DNA of 64,000 nucleotides from Bigelowiella natans CCMP2755 (Eukaryota; Protista; Cercozoa): NCBI GenBank assembly GCA_000320545.1, contig ADNK01002106.1:1-64000 (forward strand), written 5' to 3'. The number at the start of each line of letters is the position of its first letter. Position 1 is the first letter of the stretch. Below are positions 58,031 to 64,000 of this stretch, piece by piece. The notes under the pieces were generated by a model. The model had not been told where the DNA came from, did no database searches, and was given only the letters and a program-made list of their open reading frames with translations. The position numbers were made by a program, and so were the translations under genes.

Positions 58031-58562
58031 GATCATGTATGAGAATGTGCTACAAATAGCACCTACGCATTGATCATATTATCTGTGGCTCTCGCAGGCA
58101 TGGATGGCATGGTGCGCCCCGCGTACGTCCCTGCCACTGTGGCTATCGACTCAATGTTTGAATGTGTACATGAGCGTTTGACTATAGTGCTAAAATGATA
58201 TTATTGATGCAGCTACGTACGTAAAGTGTGCATATACGCGTTTATATTTCCGATGTTATAGACTAGATGTATCTCACCAAAGTTTGCTATATTGCATGCC
58301 AGCAATCATAACTTTACGAGGGAGGTGTAAAACGTTTAGGTTTGAGCTGTAGCTATAGTATTACGCCTGCTTACGGTCTCAATATCTAGACAGCGCACTA
58401 CTTACGTACGTGAGAGAAATAAGGCGCTGATACATGAATTATTCTATCCAAGCTAGCTAGCTGGCTTTTCATGTGGTAAAAGTATTTCAATATTAACATA
58501 AGCCCCGCAAGAGTTGTGTACATTATTGTGCTAATTTTTCATTCACACATGCTCGTAAAATA

Positions 58563-59638
58563 TCATCTTGGAGTCCATTTCAGTCCAAGTTCGCGGGACA
58601 CGACTCGGGGTTCATCGGTGCCTAGCTTGCAGGCTGTTCCTCGTAAGTAGCCCAGCTTTGTCTTGAAGACCGAGAAGTTAAGAACACCTGCTTCTGCCTC
58701 TCGCAGCAAGGCAACATCCTCGTCACAGAAGCGTATCTCGTTCCGTCCACTGGTCGCAAACTGGAAAGGCTCCACGAATTGATCCGGCCCAATGTCAAGC
58801 GGGCCGTCCAAGTGAGCAGGAACAACGCGCTGGAAGTCCCACTGCCTGACCGTGTCTAGCCACCGCTGCAGAGAACCGTCACCGACACCCCGGTTCAGAA
58901 TGATTTGGATGATGGGGAGAAGCGCGGGCTTGCCGTTGGCGCTGTAGGTTTTGAACGACTCCAGAGCTGACTCTTCTCTCCAGGCAAAAGGCTGCCACCC
59001 CCCCCATCCAAGCTCAAAGTTTGGGTCCAGCCTCAGGAGAGGGCCTAGTCCGATATCAGCCTGAACTGAGCCAGGAATAAAAAAGTTGAACAGCAGGACT
59101 ATACGCCTCCATCCCTTCCGTCGCATCTCGGGGGTATCAGGCACAGTTTCTAACGGGTCGTCGCGTGCATGGAAGAGCAGCGCCCGCACATATTCGGGAT
59201 CGCTTGTGATTATCTCCGGAGGCTCATCCGTCACCGCAAAGACAGCATCGCACACCATCAGAGTCTTCGACGGCTTGTGTACAAATGCGGCGTCTTGGTA
59301 CATGGAAGCTACTCCAGGTTGCACGGTAAGCACCTCATGCTCGAATTCGCCGTCCCAGAGACCAGGAAGTCCTTTGCTGCTCGGTGGCAAAGGTTTCGCC
59401 CAGCTCGGAAAGCCTAGGTAGCTGTTGGGCAGGGGGACCGGGAAGGAGTACTGCTTGTCGGTTACGTAGAACTCTGCCTTCGGGAACCGACGAGCAAACG
59501 GACCTGCCAGGACCTTGTGCTCCACCGCTACCTGGAGTTGTTGTTGTTGTTGTTGATGATGATGATGATGAAACGCAGGCAGGTTGTCTTCCAACAGCTC
59601 TACTGTATCGTGTGGTTGCACATGCATGTATGTTGGAA

Positions 59639-59675
<37 letters not shown>

Positions 59676-60565
59676 GTACGTGTGTCTGTGGTGCTTGCTG
59701 TGTGGATGCTGGCGTGCATATATAAAGAAATGACCGAAGGTAGAATGATGTATTTTATTGGTCCGTATTCGTCGATAAGGGGTTCCAGAAGGGATAGGCA
59801 TTCTTCCGTTGGGGCGACTGGAGCGTACACGAACAGGCCACCCGAGTTCATCTTGATGACGGTCATACGGATCGGAACGTGGACGTAGTAGATACCTGAC
59901 GTGCGTTGTATGAGAAGAGAATAAGAATAATCGGCCTGGTGATAGATCTTTATTCGGCCCTCTTCGATGTTCATCGCCATACAGTCATATATGCAAAAAG
60001 AATGTAAATATACATATACAAATACAAACACATACATACACGGGAAAGGGGGGGGGGGGGGGACGGCGAAGAAATGCAGAATATCCGTACCGATGAGCTG
60101 ATCAAATGTCCACACTCCAGGTCCAGCCTCACGGCGAATTGTCTTACGCCTCGAGTATGGAAATACGGGCAATGCCGGCCAAAGCGGCCAATCAGCCTCT
60201 TTCGTAATGGCCGCCTCTGCCGCTCCCCCAGGCAACGAATTGACTCCCAATACCCCCAACCCAAGGCTCGCTGTGCCTCTTAGAATACATTTTCGATTCA
60301 ATTTCGTGCACGGTTGTAGTGTGGGCATATCATTATCATCATCGCACTCAGCTTGCGGCGGCACAAGGTCACGTGGCAGGTCACGTGGCAGATGATGCGG
60401 TCGCCGTGCTAATCGGCGCCGAGGGAGAGACTGCAGAAGGCGGGAAATTGAGCCGGACGCCTTTTTCCGTGATAGGTACTGGGATCTAGAAGAAGACGAC
60501 GCGAGCAGTCCATAGCAGTGTATGATGGTGGCTGAAAGAAGCAGCCCCAACGTGATACCCCTCAT
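58563..60565 (-). CDS. DUF4336-family protein with plastid-type presequence, 3 exons
   Basis: WPLWPALPVFPYSRRKTIRRE, WTFDQLIG-IYYVHVPIRMTVIK..GGLFVYAPVAPT, IILPS-VAVEHK, LLFHARD, GWRRIVL, VPAHLD. The N-terminus has a signal peptide and a Ser/Arg-rich segment. Confidence 0.85.
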
Positions 60566-60938
60566 CCCCCCCCCCCCACAGGGTAATGGACAGGAGAATT
60601 AAGTACAATCTAGGCAGGAATATTTGGTTTATTTAGGCTATCATAAAGATAATTATCAACGACACCAATATGTGGTAAAGAAGAATAGCCGAACAGTAGC
60701 GTATCAAAAATCAATTTTTTTTTTGGATATATTGGGCTTAATATAATTTCTAAAGTGAAGTATCAAGCTGATCTTTTTGCCCACACACAACCCCCTTCCC
60801 ACCCATTGATGCTGCGGCTTCGGATTAGCCTCGATCGATCGATTACTCTCGCTCTCAAGACGGTCTAAACTATACACAGTTTCCACTTCCTCCCCCTCCA
60901 CTCCCCCGTTGTCATTCGTTCATATACTGTTATCTCAA

Positions 60939-61610
60939 ATGCACAATCAGAGCCCAAACGCCTCGGGACGTGCATGGCAGTGTCGCTCGCTGTTCAGCCT
61001 CTCTAGAACAGCACCCTCCCAGCTTACGGCACAGAATAAACGCTCGTTGGCGACGTGGGGTCGAAAGCAGCTGCTGGATCCAAGGAGCCTCTGTGTTACC
61101 AGGATGGTAAAAATGAACGGTGCAGACAAGCCTCGTCATTTTGCGACACGGGATCGCGCAAGGAGGAAGGAATCGTCGAATCTGAAGCCACAGCCTCCCC
61201 GCAAGTCCAATGAAAACCAATTTTCTGAGGTAAGAACACAGTAGAAATGAAGATATGTGTGTGTGTGTGTGTATATATAAGGAGATCAACGTTTCTGCCT
61301 TTGTCTCTTCGTGTCTGCTCCTCCTCTTCCCGCTCCCTTCACAATTTGAAGGATCTTCTGGTATACGAGTATCCTCTGGGGCGCAGATTTCGACTGGCAA
61401 CTCTACTGATGGGTTGAGAACAGAGACGATGATGTGTGGTGATGATATGGGATGATAATGATGATAAACAAACCGTTGTCCAAGTGTTCAATCATGGAGA
61501 AGGTTAATGCCTGTGCATCTGCCATATATAGGAGCTCAAACCGTTTTTTTTGGTTCATGCGCCCTTAAAATGTACATTCAGCCCGAATTCGTAAGTGGAG
61601 GAATGGGGGG

Positions 61611-61649
<39 letters not shown>

Positions 61650-62433
61650 GAGAGGTTGGGGAGAGACTTTGTAAATCACTTAATCATACTGTTCACTCCA
61701 CCATGGCGTTCCACCTTTAAAGGGTCAAGGCTTGATGCCGACTACGCTAGCGTGCGCCGCATTCAGTCTGTCCGCCGTCTATTTCCTCAACATCCTGTGG
61801 TAGTTGTAGTAGTAGTAGCTGTAGTTGAAAGTAGTAGTAACTAGTTGCAGTTGTAGTCTTGACAGTCGTGGAAGTAGTAGCAGTAGTAGCCGAATTTGTA
61901 GCCAAAGCAACCAACACCGTATCGTCGATCAAATTTGCTCCTCCTTCCTCCTTCCCTTGTTGGCAGTGGGCGACATATCGCGCAGATCGTGCTGGAGAAA
62001 GGGGGGGACACCGTCAGGCTCGGCCACCATGTAAATTTGGAACTTGCTGTGCTACTTAGATGGCGCTGTTGGCGACGCCTTGACTGCCTGCTGCTTCTTG
62101 GAATTTCTCCGCACGTAGTATACAATGTTCACGTGTTATTCGTGGTGCTATTTTCCCCGTCAGAACGCAATCGGCCAAATATCAGAGACATCGTACGACG
62201 TCAGCTCTCTGAAGCAACCGAATGTGTCCCGAAACCAGAAGGGCGATTTCCGATATTTCACGGTAGTGGTTGTGGTGATAGCTGTGGGCTTTGGAAAGTT
62301 GCCGTTGTTGATGACGGGCAAACACAAGCAAAGATCGATGGGGAGCGCTTTCAATTACACATAGGGAGCCCTTGTAGCGAATGGTCTTGTCATCTTATGT
62401 CGCTCGCCGTATTTGAACCGAGAGCTGAGTTGA
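60939..62433 (+). CDS. Possible multi-exon hypothetical gene divergent from the DUF4336 gene
   Basis: Open first exon ending at a GAG|GTAAG donor near 61229, followed by several AG...GT-bounded segments. No family recognised. Confidence 0.3.
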
Positions 62434-63311
62434 TGGATGGTCTTCTTGTTGCACTCCTCCTCCTCCTCCTCCTCCTCCTCCTCCTCCTCCTCCTCCTCCT
62501 CCTCCTCTCCCTTATCACTGTGTGTGCGACTGCTGTGTGTGGTACATGGGTGTAGATCGATGATGGCTTTGGCTACTACTTATATCACATAGAAGGTAGG
62601 TTCTTCAATAGTAGTAGTCTTAGAAGTAAGCAAAGAGAAGGACGACGAGGAGGGGGAAGAGGGCAGGCTAGGAGATAACGATCCGTGTATATAGCAATAT
62701 GGTCCAATACATATGCAAATCGAATCGAAAGAACTGCTGGGTTTTCGTGCGGCTTTTCGCTTCTCTGTAAGCTGGCTGAGTTATTTTGGTGCATGCTGTC
62801 CGTAGGTGTCCTCGACTACAAGCTCATTCAACACATTCTACACAAATAATAACGGCGCTCGCTGTGAAATATTTTTAAATGTATTTCTCCCAGCCCCCCA
62901 TAGTTGGTACTTTGAAAATAGTGCTACAACAACGATTTGTTGCGTAGTTTCATATATTATTACAATGACTGCTGGCATGCGTACTCATACATTGTACATT
63001 ATGACTGATGTGTGGGCACGCACGATAAATAAAGGCGAATCATAATCGTCCTTTTGCGCTGCAGTAGCTTGCGTTTGGAGCAACGGTCTCATGCACGTTG
63101 TACATCGTAATGACCAATATACATAATAAGAGCACCGCGCGATCGCATGCGCCATGCATGTAATATTCGCGCAAGCGCTGAGTATATCTGTATGCATCCT
63201 CTGCGTGCTTGGCTTTTTTAAACACGTGGTTAGAAACAAGCTTTAGCTAATTGATAATGACGACAACGACGACGATGATAATTTACAGTTGCGCGTGATC
63301 TCAGCATATCC

Positions 63312-64000
63312 TCAGATCTTCTGATCGCTTCTACTGCCTCTAGTACCACCAGTGTTACTTCCTCTGACTTCAGAGCTTAGTTGTAGGGCTCGGCCAAGAG
63401 CCAAGCTCAGACTTCCTTCTTTCTGCCGCAGCTCCTTCGACAGGGCCGCGTTCTCCTTCTGGAGCTTCTCCATGCTGGCGCCGACGCCCTCGAATTTCCT
63501 GTCTGCTTCCTCGATTTGGAGGAGGAGCTTCTGGTTGAGGTCTGCCAAGCGGAGTGCCTTCGAATCTGGCTTCGAGAGAGAGGGGACGTTCGGGACCTGA
63601 GAGAGGCCGGCAACGGCCATACACTTGCTCAATGAGGCAAGGTCATGCGCAAGCCTCTCTACTTGCTCGTTGAGATCGACGAAGTGCGTGCGCCACTGCC
63701 CCTCCAGTTCGCCCAGCGTCTCCATGAAGGCTTGATGCACCGTGCAGATGGCCTGCAGCTGCGAGCGAATCCAAGCGACCGCCTTGGAGCGGAGGCCTTC
63801 GGTCAGCTCCCCGTCCTTAGTCTCATCAACCAGTTTCATAAAGAAGCTCACTTCCCCCCCGCTGCTGTCACTACTCCTGGCGGCGTAAACAGCCGGGACC
63901 TTGACCTTGGCTGCTGCGAGAGTGGAGATATTGGTGTCGTGCATGGCCCAGCAGATGTCCTTCAGCAGGCATGACCACGAGCTGATCGAGCTCTTGTAGC
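63312..64000 (-). CDS. Internal/3' exon of a coiled-coil protein continuing beyond the right edge
   Basis: GC-rich coding-like frame open to the window edge, with heptad-like LADLNQKLLLQIEEADRKFE..MEKLQKENAALSKELRQKE. Confidence 0.6.
   Translation of the reverse strand, partial: YKSSISSWSCLLKDICWAMHDTNISTLAAAKVKVPAVYAARSSDSSGGEVSFFMKLVDETKDGELTEGLRSKAVAWIRSQLQAICTVHQAFMETLGELEGQWRTHFVDLNEQVERLAHDLASLSKCMAVAGLSQVPNVPSLSKPDSKALRLADLNQKLLLQIEEADRKFEGVGASMEKLQKENAALSKELRQKEGSLSLALGRALQLSSEVRGSNTGGTRGSRSDQKI

Overview
Gene-dense eukaryotic nuclear DNA with many short GT-AG introns rich in microsatellites. The signal-peptide plus transit-peptide leader of the DUF4336 protein points to an alga with a secondary plastid; a chlorarachniophyte-like origin is my inference. 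From left to right the window holds: the 5' end of an intact-looking LTR retrotransposon (gag, PBS, LTR) abutting a perfect 80-bp-arm palindrome; 2-Cys peroxiredoxin (-); CNNM/DUF21-CBS transporter (-); P5A-ATPase (+); ADAT2 (-); dihydroorotase (+); ITPK1 (-); DNAAF1/ODA7-like LRR protein (-); tRNA-Trp(CCA) (-); CDC20 (+); two weak hypothetical genes around a 160-bp tandem repeat; a fatty-acid gene (+); a hypothetical gene (-); PRP16/DHX38 (+); a DUF4336 protein (-); a hypothetical gene (+); and a partial coiled-coil gene (-). Two results stand out. (1) One spliced ORF of about 1073 aa (44847-48563) fuses two complete ELO-family elongase modules to a cytochrome-b5 front-end desaturase of delta-8 type, a candidate natural three-module PUFA 'multizyme'. 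(2) Kilobase tracts almost lack TpA except in CTAG/TAG context while CpG is retained, a candidate TpA-to-TpG/CpA hypermutation signature opposite in direction to fungal RIP. These tracts sit where the otherwise alternating gene orientation breaks. Exon structures and counts were done by eye, and no database search was run.
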